DNA of 64,000 nt from an uncultured Eubacteriales bacterium (GTDB lineage: Bacteria; Bacillota; Clostridia; Lachnospirales; Cellulosilyticaceae). Under the pieces are notes generated by a model. That model was given only the letters and a program-made list of their open reading frames with translations, made no database searches and was not told the origin of the DNA. Both the position numbers and the translations under genes were made by a program. Shown one piece after another: positions 55,837 through 64,000 of this stretch (the stretch's first letter is position 1; each line of letters starts with the position of its first letter). The stretch lies in contig URVM01000006.1 in NCBI GenBank assembly GCA_900551325.1, forward strand, positions 81,744 through 145,743, written 5' to 3'.

Positions 55837-56292
55837 ATGAATAGTAAAATTGAGATATTGCCCCCGTATAAGATTGCTTACATGAGGAAGACTGGACCTT
55901 ATGGTTCTTCAAATGGTGAATTAATGGAGAAACTTAAGTGTTGGGTTCAAGGGAATAATTTATTTAATGAAGAAACAATTATATTAGGAATAGCACAAGA
56001 TAACCCAAGCACTACAGATGCAGAAGCATGTCGTTATGATGCCTGTCTAGTTGTTGAAGATAATTATAAGATTATTCATCATGACATAGAACAAGGTAAT
56101 ACTGTAGGTGGAAAGTATATAGTATTTGAAGTAAGTCATACGACCCAGGCTGTGCAGCAAGCATGGACTAATATCTTTCCAGAGTTAATTAAACAAGGAT
56201 ATACTCTAGATAATACAAGGCCAATTATAGAACGCTATCAAGCACAAATGATTAGAAATCATAAATGTGAAATCTGTGTTCCAATATGTTAG
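55837..56292 (+). CDS. GyrI-like small-molecule-binding domain protein
   Basis: EILPPYKIAYMRKTGPYG... and the size (151 aa) are typical of the AraC-effector/GyrI-like (SOUL/Cass2-type) fold. Confidence 0.6.
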   Translation: MNSKIEILPPYKIAYMRKTGPYGSSNGELMEKLKCWVQGNNLFNEETIILGIAQDNPSTTDAEACRYDACLVVEDNYKIIHHDIEQGNTVGGKYIVFEVSHTTQAVQQAWTNIFPELIKQGYTLDNTRPIIERYQAQMIRNHKCEICVPIC

Positions 56293-56297
56293 GACAT

Positions 56298-56564
56298 AAG
56301 TAGACTAGAATTACTGTCTCCAGAAGACTAGAAAGGTGAAAGGATGGATATGGCTCCTCCGAAAGCGGCTTATGTGGGTGGCTTAGAGGCTGTTAACGAG
56401 AGGGTGAGTAAGGGTTTTAGCGAGTTGTTTGAAGCGAAGCAAGTTTCGAGCGTTCTTACGAACTCCGAGTTTACAGCCTCTTAGCCCCCGGAAGTGGAAG
56501 CTTGAGGAGGAGTCACAGCCAGCCTAAGCCTAAGAAAACTAAACAAAGACAGTAATTCGACCCT
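56298..56564 (+). mobile_element. X element copy 1: ~267-nt MITE-like long-hairpin repeat with terminal inverted repeats
   Basis: The TIR is AGACTAGAATTACTGTC ... GACAGTAATTCGACCC. Internal arms are GGCTTAGAGGCTGT / ACAGCCTCTTAGCC. The element is GC-rich relative to its surroundings. Confidence 0.65.
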
Positions 56565-56601
56565 AATTGGGCTCACCTTTCAATTTAATTTACATAATCC
56601 C

Positions 56602-56788
56602 TTGACAATCCTTTCCAAATAAGTTATTATAGATTTATCAGTTAGTAAATATAAGTTCCAAAAGTTATTTGAAAGCAATTCACATACTATTAGAGATTAT
56701 ATCTATTCACTAAAAATATAATCTGTAATAAGATGTGAATTTTTTTATTCTCCTATATTACAGAGATACAAAATAGGAGGTACCGCAC
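56602..56788 (+). promoter_or_regulatory. cspA copy 2 promoter (TTGACA-17-TATTAT) plus 5' UTR
   Basis: TTGACA at 56602..56607 and TATTAT at 56625..56630. The UTR is nearly identical to 14293..14450. Confidence 0.65.
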
Positions 56789-56989
56789 ATGATGACAGGT
56801 ACAGTAAAATGGTTTAACGCAGAAAAAGGATTTGGTTTTATTTCTAGAGAAGATGGAGATGACGTATTCGTACATTTCTCAGCTATCCAAGGAGATGGAT
56901 TCAAATCACTTGATGAAGGTCAAAGAGTAACTTTCGACCTTACAAAAGGCCCACGTGGCGCACAAGCAGAAAACGTACAAAAAGCTTAA
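56789..56989 (+). CDS. cspA: cold-shock protein, CspA family (copy 2; one amino-acid difference, K to R)
   Basis: Same as 14451..14651. Confidence 0.95.
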   Translation: MMTGTVKWFNAEKGFGFISREDGDDVFVHFSAIQGDGFKSLDEGQRVTFDLTKGPRGAQAENVQKA

Positions 56990-57006
56990 TTTACTCATAA
57001 ATTAAG

Positions 57007-57040
57007 AAAAGGCATATAGCTCAGGCTATATGCCTTTTTT
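57007..57040 (+). terminator. intrinsic terminator of cspA copy 2
   Basis: AAAAGGCATATAGC-tcag-GCTATATGCCTTTTTT. Confidence 0.85.
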
Positions 57041-57053
57041 GTCATGTAATTCT

Positions 57054-57175
57054 AAGTAGACTAGAATTACTATCTCTACAGTAATACGGGTAAGGGAAGG
57101 GACGGGGTGACCTGCTCTGGAAGCGACTTATGTAGGTAGCTTAGAGGGTGTTGGTGAGCGGTGAAGTAGGGTTAC
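57054..57175 (+). mobile_element. X element copy 2 (left half only, diverged)
   Basis: Starts AAGTAGACTAGAATTACTATCTC and contains ...GCGACTTATGTAGGTAGCTTAGAGGGTGTTGG. Confidence 0.55.
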
Positions 57176-57444
57176 AAGTAGACTAGAATTACTGTCTCTT
57201 AGAATACTCTAGTAGGTGAAAGAATGGATGTGGCTCATCCGAAAGCGGCTTATGTAGGTGGCTTAGAGGCTGTTAATGAGTGGTTGAGTAAGGTACTTAG
57301 CGAGTTGTTTGACCAAAGGGAGTTTCGAGCGTTCTTACGAAATCCGAGTTTACAGCCTCTTAGCCACCGGAAGTGGAAGCTTGAGGAGGAGCTACAGCCA
57401 GCCTGACGCCTAAGTAGACTAAATAGAGATAGTAATTCGACCCT
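57176..57444 (+). mobile_element. X element copy 3 (full length)
   Basis: Collinear with 56298..56564. The 60-aa track ORF inside it is interrupted in copy 1, so it is not coding. Confidence 0.65.
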
Positions 57445-57537
57445 TCAAGTCTATTGTAGCTGGTCTAAAAGGAGTATAATAAATTTAAAGCTAGTGTTAA
57501 TACTACACATGAAACTATAAGATAAAGGAAAGAAATA

Positions 57538-60024
57538 ATGCGTATAAGTGATGGTTTGGTAAACATATCGGTAAGGGAGCTTGTAGAGTTTGTGCTAAGG
57601 TCAGGTAGTATATTTGCATCTTTTGTAAGTCGTGCTCGTGCAGTGGAAGGGACTATGGCCCATAAGAAGATTCAAAATGCTATGGATGCAAATTATGAGA
57701 AGGAAGTTAAACTTGTTCATGAATATGAAGTAAGTGGGATTACTTTTATCATAGAAGGAAGAGCAGATGGTATTATTCGTGACCTTATTGCAGTGACTAT
57801 AGATGAGATTAAGTCTACAAGGACAAGCCTTGATGTAATTGATGAAGATTATAATCCCCTTCACTGGGCACAAGCAAAATGCTATGCCTATTTTTATGCT
57901 ACCCAAAATCATCTTAAAGATATGAATGTAAGATTGACCTATTACAATTTAGACACTAAGGAAACCAAGCATCTGATAAAGGTTTATACGTATGAGGAAT
58001 TAGAAGAGTTTTTTAGTATACTAATTGAAAAGTATGCTTTATGGATTCGTTTCTATATGGATTGGAGCGAGGAGCGAACGACTTACTTAAAAGCACTTAA
58101 GTTCCCTTTTGATGAATACAGAATAGGTCAAAGGGAATTAGCTGTTAATGTATATAAAAGTATTACAGGTGGAAATAAGCTTTATGTCAATGCACCTACA
58201 GGTATAGGTAAGACTATATCTACTTTATTTCCTGCTTTAAAGGCTATGGGGGAAGGTCATGTAGGTAAGATTTTTTATCTTACAGCTAAGACTATTACAA
58301 GGACAGTAGCCGAAAAGAGTATACAAATGATTTATGATCAAGGAACAAGAGTAAAAGCAATTACTTTAACAGCCAAGGATAAAATTTGCTTCTTAGATGA
58401 AAGAAGTTGTCATCCAGACTTCTGTTCTTATGCAGACGGACATTTTGATAGGGTAGATGAAGCAGTTTATGATGCCATTACTCATACCGATTTATTTACA
58501 AGGGAAGTTATTGAAGAATATGCAAAGAAGTATAGGGTATGCCCTTTTGAACTTTCTTTAGATTTAGCTATCTATGCAGACGTAGTTATATGTGACTACA
58601 ATTATATTTTTGACCCTACAGTGGCACTTAAGCGTTTCTTAGATCAAAGGGACTTTGTCATACTTGTAGATGAAGCACATAACTTAGTGGATAGAGCACG
58701 TGAAATGTACTCAGAAAGTATGTCTAAAGCCCAACTTTTAAGTGTAAAAAGGTCTATTAGTAAACAGTATCCTACAATTGCTAAAGAAATAGGAAAGTTA
58801 AATGAGTACTTACTTAGTATAAGGAAAGATTATATAGATTTAACAGGGAGTATGATTAGTAAAGAAGCACCTACAAAGTTTAATCGTATGGTAAGAAGTT
58901 TTATAAATGAATGTGATAAGAAACTTCAAAAAGGGGCTATGCATAAGTTACCACAAGATTTATTAGAACTTTATTTTAGGGGTTATAATTTTAATAAAAT
59001 CTGTGAGTTCTTTGATGAACGGTATATTACTTATGGAGACCAAGTAGAAGGAGATTTAATACTAAAACTCTTTTGTATGGATCCTTCTTATCTTATAGAG
59101 AATATGATTAGTACTTGTAAAAGTGTTATATTTTTTTCAGCTACCCTGATGCCAATTGATTATTATAAGTATATGTTAGGTGGAGAAGGGGAAAGGGCTA
59201 TTGCACTACCTTCACCATTTGATACAAAACATGCACTGAAGCTTATAGCAACAGATGTATCTACAAGATATCAACATAGACAAAAGAGCTATAAGAAAAT
59301 TTGTGAGTACATTATAAAAGTAAGTAAACAAAAAGTTGGAAACTATATGGTGTTTTTCCCTTCTTATAAATATATGAAAGATGTTTATAGCTATTATGAG
59401 CAATATAAAGCAGACATTCAGAAATATAGAGTAGATATTCAAGGAAGAAAAAATGCAATTAGTTTAGAAGATATAAATGAAGAACAAGGATATAAAGTAT
59501 CAATTGAGGACGTAGGCCAAAGCGTAGTACAACAAAATATAGGTAAAGAACCAGATATCTTCATGCAAGATAGTAATATGGATGAAGAGGCAAGAGAGAG
59601 CTTTCTTGCTAGGTTCGAACCCAATCCCACAACAACTAAAATAGGATTTTGTGTATTAGGTGGGATTTTCTCAGAGGGAATAGACCTTACCGAAGATCGT
59701 TTAATAGGTGTTGTAGTTGTAAGTGTAGGGTTACCGCAGATAGGCCTTGAGAAGGATTTGATTAAGTATCATTTTGAGGAAAAAGATAAAGAGGGATATC
59801 ACTATGCCTATACTTATCCAGGCATGAATAAAGTACTTCAAGCAATAGGACGTCTTATTCGGACCAAAAGAGATAAAGGGATTATTTTGATGATAGATGA
59901 TCGTTTTAATACACCTTTATACAGTAGTTTAATGCCCCCAGAATATGAAGATAGATGGTGTACTACACTTAGTCACATAGAAAATCAAGTGGCAAAATTT
60001 TGGGAAGAAAGTGACGCAAAATAA
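57538..60024 (+). CDS. DinG/XPD (Rad3)-family DNA helicase fused to an N-terminal PD-(D/E)XK nuclease-like domain
   Basis: N-terminal GRADGII...IDEIKST. Walker A NAPTGIGKT. DEAH box VDEAHNL. A 4-Cys FeS-like cluster (C..C..C....C) lies between motifs I and II. Confidence 0.7.
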   Translation: MRISDGLVNISVRELVEFVLRSGSIFASFVSRARAVEGTMAHKKIQNAMDANYEKEVKLVHEYEVSGITFIIEGRADGIIRDLIAVTIDEIKSTRTSLDVIDEDYNPLHWAQAKCYAYFYATQNHLKDMNVRLTYYNLDTKETKHLIKVYTYEELEEFFSILIEKYALWIRFYMDWSEERTTYLKALKFPFDEYRIGQRELAVNVYKSITGGNKLYVNAPTGIGKTISTLFPALKAMGEGHVGKIFYLTAKTITRTVAEKSIQMIYDQGTRVKAITLTAKDKICFLDERSCHPDFCSYADGHFDRVDEAVYDAITHTDLFTREVIEEYAKKYRVCPFELSLDLAIYADVVICDYNYIFDPTVALKRFLDQRDFVILVDEAHNLVDRAREMYSESMSKAQLLSVKRSISKQYPTIAKEIGKLNEYLLSIRKDYIDLTGSMISKEAPTKFNRMVRSFINECDKKLQKGAMHKLPQDLLELYFRGYNFNKICEFFDERYITYGDQVEGDLILKLFCMDPSYLIENMISTCKSVIFFSATLMPIDYYKYMLGGEGERAIALPSPFDTKHALKLIATDVSTRYQHRQKSYKKICEYIIKVSKQKVGNYMVFFPSYKYMKDVYSYYEQYKADIQKYRVDIQGRKNAISLEDINEEQGYKVSIEDVGQSVVQQNIGKEPDIFMQDSNMDEEARESFLARFEPNPTTTKIGFCVLGGIFSEGIDLTEDRLIGVVVVSVGLPQIGLEKDLIKYHFEEKDKEGYHYAYTYPGMNKVLQAIGRLIRTKRDKGIILMIDDRFNTPLYSSLMPPEYEDRWCTTLSHIENQVAKFWEESDAK

Positions 60025-60036
60025 AAACTCCCCTTC

Positions 60037-60939
60037 TTATAAAATGGAGGGGAGTAAATTAGCTGCTTGAAGAAGAAGTTCACCGTAATCAGCATTTAGT
60101 ATATATTGTTGACCTTGCAGGTCTAGTGTACTTTTAAGGGGAGTACAGCTATCACCTTCTAGAGTAGGTAAACATCCCATGACTTTCCCATCGGCCCATT
60201 TGTTCAAGGAGCAAGCGGGAAATATTTCTAAAAGATCAGTAGTCTGAGCACCACGACCACACATGAGGGTTACTTCTATAGAACGATCATAAAGCAAATA
60301 AGCAGTATCATTAAGGTCATCTAAAAAAGGGTTTTGAAACTTCATAAAATCATAAGGAATGGTAGTAGTTATATGGTTTCTTGTATAGACTAAGTAGTCT
60401 CCATAGCTTTTAGAAGGTAGAAATTCTGATAGTGCAGGGAAGTATTTAACATCTATAAATTGTAGAAATAGATTTAAATTCAATGAAATAAAATCAGGTT
60501 CATCGATGCAAGGATAAGGAAGTATACCACCGCTTAAATAGCTAAAAGGTGTTACAAAACCTGCATTTGGTGTACCAACTAGAATCAAGTGATTAATAGT
60601 ATAATTATAAAAATCTGATTGTGCATAATAACGACCAATAAGTCCACCTGTACCATGGCAAATAATATTTGCTTTATTAGCACCTGTAAGCTTAAGTACT
60701 TTATGGATAAGAGGAGAGAGCACCCATCTCGAAACTTGGGTAGCGCTCTGACGCCAATCATAAAACATAATAAAAAGATTTTTATTTAGTATATAACCTT
60801 GCTTTTCCAGTTCTTTTATAAAGCGCACACCAGTATAACGACTAGGACCAAAATGCCAAGTACCAGTATGAGGAATAATTTCAGCACCCATAGAACCAAA
60901 AAGCCCAGGAATAAAGATTACAGGTAATTTCAAAGACAC
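60037..60939 (-). CDS. alpha/beta-hydrolase (lipase/LCAT-like) fold protein with atypical nucleophile elbow
   Basis: IFIPGLFGS... N-terminus. The elbow reads ICHGTGGL instead of GHSMGGL. Confidence 0.5.
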   Translation of the reverse strand: MSLKLPVIFIPGLFGSMGAEIIPHTGTWHFGPSRYTGVRFIKELEKQGYILNKNLFIMFYDWRQSATQVSRWVLSPLIHKVLKLTGANKANIICHGTGGLIGRYYAQSDFYNYTINHLILVGTPNAGFVTPFSYLSGGILPYPCIDEPDFISLNLNLFLQFIDVKYFPALSEFLPSKSYGDYLVYTRNHITTTIPYDFMKFQNPFLDDLNDTAYLLYDRSIEVTLMCGRGAQTTDLLEIFPACSLNKWADGKVMGCLPTLEGDSCTPLKSTLDLQGQQYILNADYGELLLQAANLLPSIL

Positions 60940-61080
60940 ATGCTCACCTCCTTGGAGAATTCTAACATAAAAAGTCTATTTATATATTTTATGCAGGAAA
61001 AAAGAGTGGGTGATAAAATCCTTGAAATGAACAGGAATTATAGCTATTATGAAGTAAGTAAAACAACAAGGGGTGACTTT

Positions 61081-62073
61081 ATGCATAAACCAAAGGTATG
61101 TATTATTTTTACAGGTGGCACAATTTCAATGACAGTAGATGATACAATAGGAGCTGCAATTCCTACTTTATCTGGTGAGCAGATTTTATCTATGGTGTCG
61201 AATATCGACAAATTAGCAGATATAGAAGTGGTTAACTTTTGTGAAATTCCAGGACCACATATGACCTTTAACAAACTGTTAGAACTTAAAAATTTAATTA
61301 AAAAAACTTTAGATAGACAAGATATTACAGGCGTTATTGTAACTCATGGAACAGATACTCTAGAAGAGACTGCATATTTTTTAGATTTAACTATTAGACA
61401 TCATAAGCCTGTTGTTGTTGTAGGTGCTATGCGTAATAGTTCAGAACTTGGATATGATGGATCTAGTAATTTAGCAGCGGCAGTATGTACAGCAATCTCG
61501 CCAAAAGCAATAGATAAAGGTGTCTTGGTTGTTCTTAACAATGAGGTAAATATTGCATCAGAAGTAACAAAGACAAATACACTTTCTCTTAATACTTTCC
61601 AATCACCTTATGGACCACTAGGCATTATAGATACAAATGATCTTATTGTTTACCGGGACCTTGCATTTAGACAACATATTGATACAGATCATATTGAACG
61701 TCGTGTAGACTTAATTAAGGCAGTATTAGATATGGATGATCGTTTTGTAAGATTGGCAGTAGATGCAGGAGCAAAAGGTATTATAATAGAGGCAATGGGT
61801 AGAGGAAATTTACCACTTAAAATGCTTGAAGGTGTAAAGTATGCACTTTCAAAAGATGTAGTAGTTGTTATTGTATCAAGATGTAGTTCAGGGCGTGTTT
61901 TTGAGTCCTATGGATATGAAGGTGGCGGTAAAGAATTATCTGACTTAGGTGCTATCATGGGAGGAGAAATGCGTGGACCTAAAGCACGTATTAAGCTTAT
62001 GTTAGGCTTAGGAAAAACTAAAGATTTAAATCAAATTAAAAAGCTTTTTAGAGAAGAGAGTTATGTTCTGTAA
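61081..62073 (+). CDS. ansA: L-asparaginase
   Basis: IIFTGGTISM and VTHGTDTLEETAYFL signatures. The start is at ATG 61081, after AAGGGGTG; the longer track ORF is unlikely. Confidence 0.85.
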   Translation: MHKPKVCIIFTGGTISMTVDDTIGAAIPTLSGEQILSMVSNIDKLADIEVVNFCEIPGPHMTFNKLLELKNLIKKTLDRQDITGVIVTHGTDTLEETAYFLDLTIRHHKPVVVVGAMRNSSELGYDGSSNLAAAVCTAISPKAIDKGVLVVLNNEVNIASEVTKTNTLSLNTFQSPYGPLGIIDTNDLIVYRDLAFRQHIDTDHIERRVDLIKAVLDMDDRFVRLAVDAGAKGIIIEAMGRGNLPLKMLEGVKYALSKDVVVVIVSRCSSGRVFESYGYEGGGKELSDLGAIMGGEMRGPKARIKLMLGLGKTKDLNQIKKLFREESYVL

Positions 62074-62137
62074 TATTGTTATTAAGGTAAAGTAATATAA
62101 TAGGATGATCTAATAGAAGTATAGAATAAAATATAAT

Positions 62138-62172
62138 AAAGGAGGTGACACAAGGTGTCACCTCCTTTATTA
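62138..62172. terminator. bidirectional terminator
   Basis: AAAGGAGGTGACA-caag-GTGTCACCTCCTTT. Confidence 0.85.
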
Positions 62173-62181
62173 CATTGAGAT

Positions 62182-64000
62182 TTATTGACCTATACGTTTC
62201 ATGTTGTAAATCCACTGGGCTGCTTCTGCACGAGTAAGGCCTTGTGAACTATTAAAAGATAACTTAGGGTTTTGTTCTAATATACCAAGTCCGTAGGCGA
62301 GGGCAATGTAGCCTATTTCATCATCTTTTACAGAGTCAGCATAAGGATAGGTGTAGATAGAAGAAAGTTTAGCTACTTCATGATAGTTTAAGTAGCTTAT
62401 AAGAAGTTGTAGAGCACGTATGCGAGTTAGTGGGGTAGTAGCCTTAAAATTTTTAGAGTCAATGAAAGGTAGTGAGGAGGCATACTGATAAATTCTAGCT
62501 ATTGGTTCTTCAGGGTACCCATAGAGTAAACGAAGAAAATCACCTTCTGTAATAATTTCATCAGGCCTAAAGGTAGCCCCAGGAAGATAAATATTACTAT
62601 TTAAAAGAGTAAGTACAATAGGCTCGCACCAGTGGCCAGCTAAATCTGAGTAATAACTTGGTGTAAGGATAGTTTCTATAGGTGTGCCGTCCATAGGGTT
62701 AATTTCATATCCAGTTTTAGGATCAAATCCAGCATTTGTTGTATCCATGCAATAAACAAGTACCCGTTCATTCTTACTTTTTTGTGAATAGTAAAGTTTG
62801 AAGTTTAGTTCCTTGAAAATACTTGTAAGAATAGGTTTGGCATAATTAGGTTTTAGATATGAATCAATAGATTCAAATGAAAGGTCTTGGGTCCAAACCT
62901 TAGAGTAATTAGTAATCTCACCTAAACGTGCATTATAATTTATATAAAATCCTTCTCCGTTCACTGCCATATTATTTACAAATCTTCTATACGTACAAGA
63001 ATAATCTATAGTGTTATATGAAGACACAGATTCAAATTGGGTAGAACTTAATTTATTAGGTTGTAACTTCTTAAGAAGAGCATAACTGGTAGACTTGGCT
63101 GCATCAGAGGCATCTATAGTTAACTTTTCTTCTGTATAAGGTAAAGAAAGGTTATAACTTAGAATTTCTCCAGTTTTAGCATTTACCACAAGATTTATAC
63201 TTGTAAAAGATTCCTTGGCCCAATTTTCTTTACCAAAAGAAAAACTATAGTAATAAGCTTTATCCCATTTGTCATAGTATAGCCTTGTTTGGTAAGTACC
63301 ATTAGGATTGATGCGACTAAAGTAGGTTTGAGCTTTTGCAAGAGCTTCTTCTTCAGAAAGTAAAATTTTAAGGTCATCTACAGCTTTTTGCTCGCTTTCA
63401 GTTAAGTTTCTAGAAGAACCATCTGATGCAGCTAAATCTTCAGTGTTTTTAGCTAAATCCCAACGATTAGAATAAGGTGTAAAGACTTCACCTGTTGAAG
63501 CTAAGATACCTGTATAATTTTGATTGTTAAATAAATAAACAGGAAAGGAAGAAGAGGTTTTAGTTTCGTAGTCTTTATAAACTTGGTAAATAGGAGAAAG
63601 ACCAATCTTTTCTAAATAAAGAGTTTTAGCAGTATTATAATCAATGGTAGGTACATGTGTAGAATAGGTGCCTTTATAAGTTGGAAAACTATTGAATTGT
63701 TCAATGACACCTGTTTGATTGTTAACAGTTATAGCAACAGTTTCATTTAAAACAGGGATACCATGAATGTAATGATCAAAATAATAAGTAAAAGAAGTAT
63801 TATTAATATGTTTATCTGGATTAAGAATAAGTTCATTCTTATAATCAGAGGCCACTTGGTTTAAGAAGGTCTGGGCATACTTTAGGCCATCGTCATAAGA
63901 AATTTTAGCAAGAGGGTTACTCTTTTCACTACGTAGATACAATTCATAACTCAAAATTCGTCCATCAGCTTCTAATGTTGCATAAGCAGAACCTATTTCA
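62182..64000 (-). CDS. cell-surface protein with PepSY-like repeats and C-terminal SLH domains (5' end outside the window)
   Basis: The reading frame stays open to position 64000, because the track start at 63954 is a TTG inside an open frame. C-terminal SLH-like ...LTRAEAAQWIYNM. Confidence 0.6.
   Translation of the reverse strand, partial: EIGSAYATLEADGRILSYELYLRSEKSNPLAKISYDDGLKYAQTFLNQVASDYKNELILNPDKHINNTSFTYYFDHYIHGIPVLNETVAITVNNQTGVIEQFNSFPTYKGTYSTHVPTIDYNTAKTLYLEKIGLSPIYQVYKDYETKTSSSFPVYLFNNQNYTGILASTGEVFTPYSNRWDLAKNTEDLAASDGSSRNLTESEQKAVDDLKILLSEEEALAKAQTYFSRINPNGTYQTRLYYDKWDKAYYYSFSFGKENWAKESFTSINLVVNAKTGEILSYNLSLPYTEEKLTIDASDAAKSTSYALLKKLQPNKLSSTQFESVSSYNTIDYSCTYRRFVNNMAVNGEGFYINYNARLGEITNYSKVWTQDLSFESIDSYLKPNYAKPILTSIFKELNFKLYYSQKSKNERVLVYCMDTTNAGFDPKTGYEINPMDGTPIETILTPSYYSDLAGHWCEPIVLTLLNSNIYLPGATFRPDEIITEGDFLRLLYGYPEEPIARIYQYASSLPFIDSKNFKATTPLTRIRALQLLISYLNYHEVAKLSSIYTYPYADSVKDDEIGYIALAYGLGILEQNPKLSFNSSQGLTRAEAAQWIYNMKRIGQ

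Noticed and set aside
57224-57406. A 60-aa ORF inside X element copy 3.
   Set aside because: The homologous stretch in X copy 1 (about 56345..56480) is interrupted by a stop and differs in ways that do not conserve the frame. The region is a long inverted repeat, so it is non-coding.

Overview
64-kb low-GC Firmicutes/Clostridia-type chromosomal window. SLH proteins, an ECF transporter, Csp and DprA/ComM support this, and a mucin O-glycan degradation gene set suggests a gut anaerobe; the species cannot be named from sequence alone.

Positions 1-18,012 are the unusual part. They hold a largely unidirectional array of 1-2-gene accessory cassettes:
- three full-length, mosaic paralogues plus one 3' fragment of a ~300-aa GT-A sugar-nucleotidyltransferase, each followed by a different gene
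- a HEPN protein
- a membrane/coiled-coil protein with a RelE-like C-terminus
- an inverted RelE/Phd pair
- DUF3990-DUF3791, with a perfect 647-bp tandem duplication
- YjcQ, a lipoprotein and cspA

The cassettes are separated by 14 same-orientation copies of a ~65-nt bipartite hairpin repeat that begins with TAG at or next to the stop codon of the upstream ORF. The array abuts dprA-comM, which are packed directly behind a RAYT-type (IS200-like Y1 HUH) transposase gene; that three-gene block is itself flanked by half-repeats. I saw no integron integrase, attC core sites, CRISPR, tRNA or rRNA. My hypothesis is a REP/RAYT-associated, integron-like cassette array.

The other 46 kb are mostly ordinary:
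- tryptophanase plus an NSS transporter
- an M60 peptidase, a sulfatase, GH101, a GH129-like enzyme and an SGNH esterase (mucin O-glycan use, two shared promoters)
- a purine permease/deaminase pair, fused EcfA plus EcfT, a BY-kinase, two degenerate-GGDEF/EAL paralogues, an SLH protein, asparaginase and a nuclease-helicase fusion
- several pseudogenes (MCP cut by an IS3 remnant, a GGDEF-EAL gene with a frameshift plus nonsense codon, an SBP fragment)
- GC-rich palindromic MITE-like repeats around a second cspA copy, whose stem sequences resemble the cassette repeat

All calls come from reading the sequence and ORF translations; no database searches were run.
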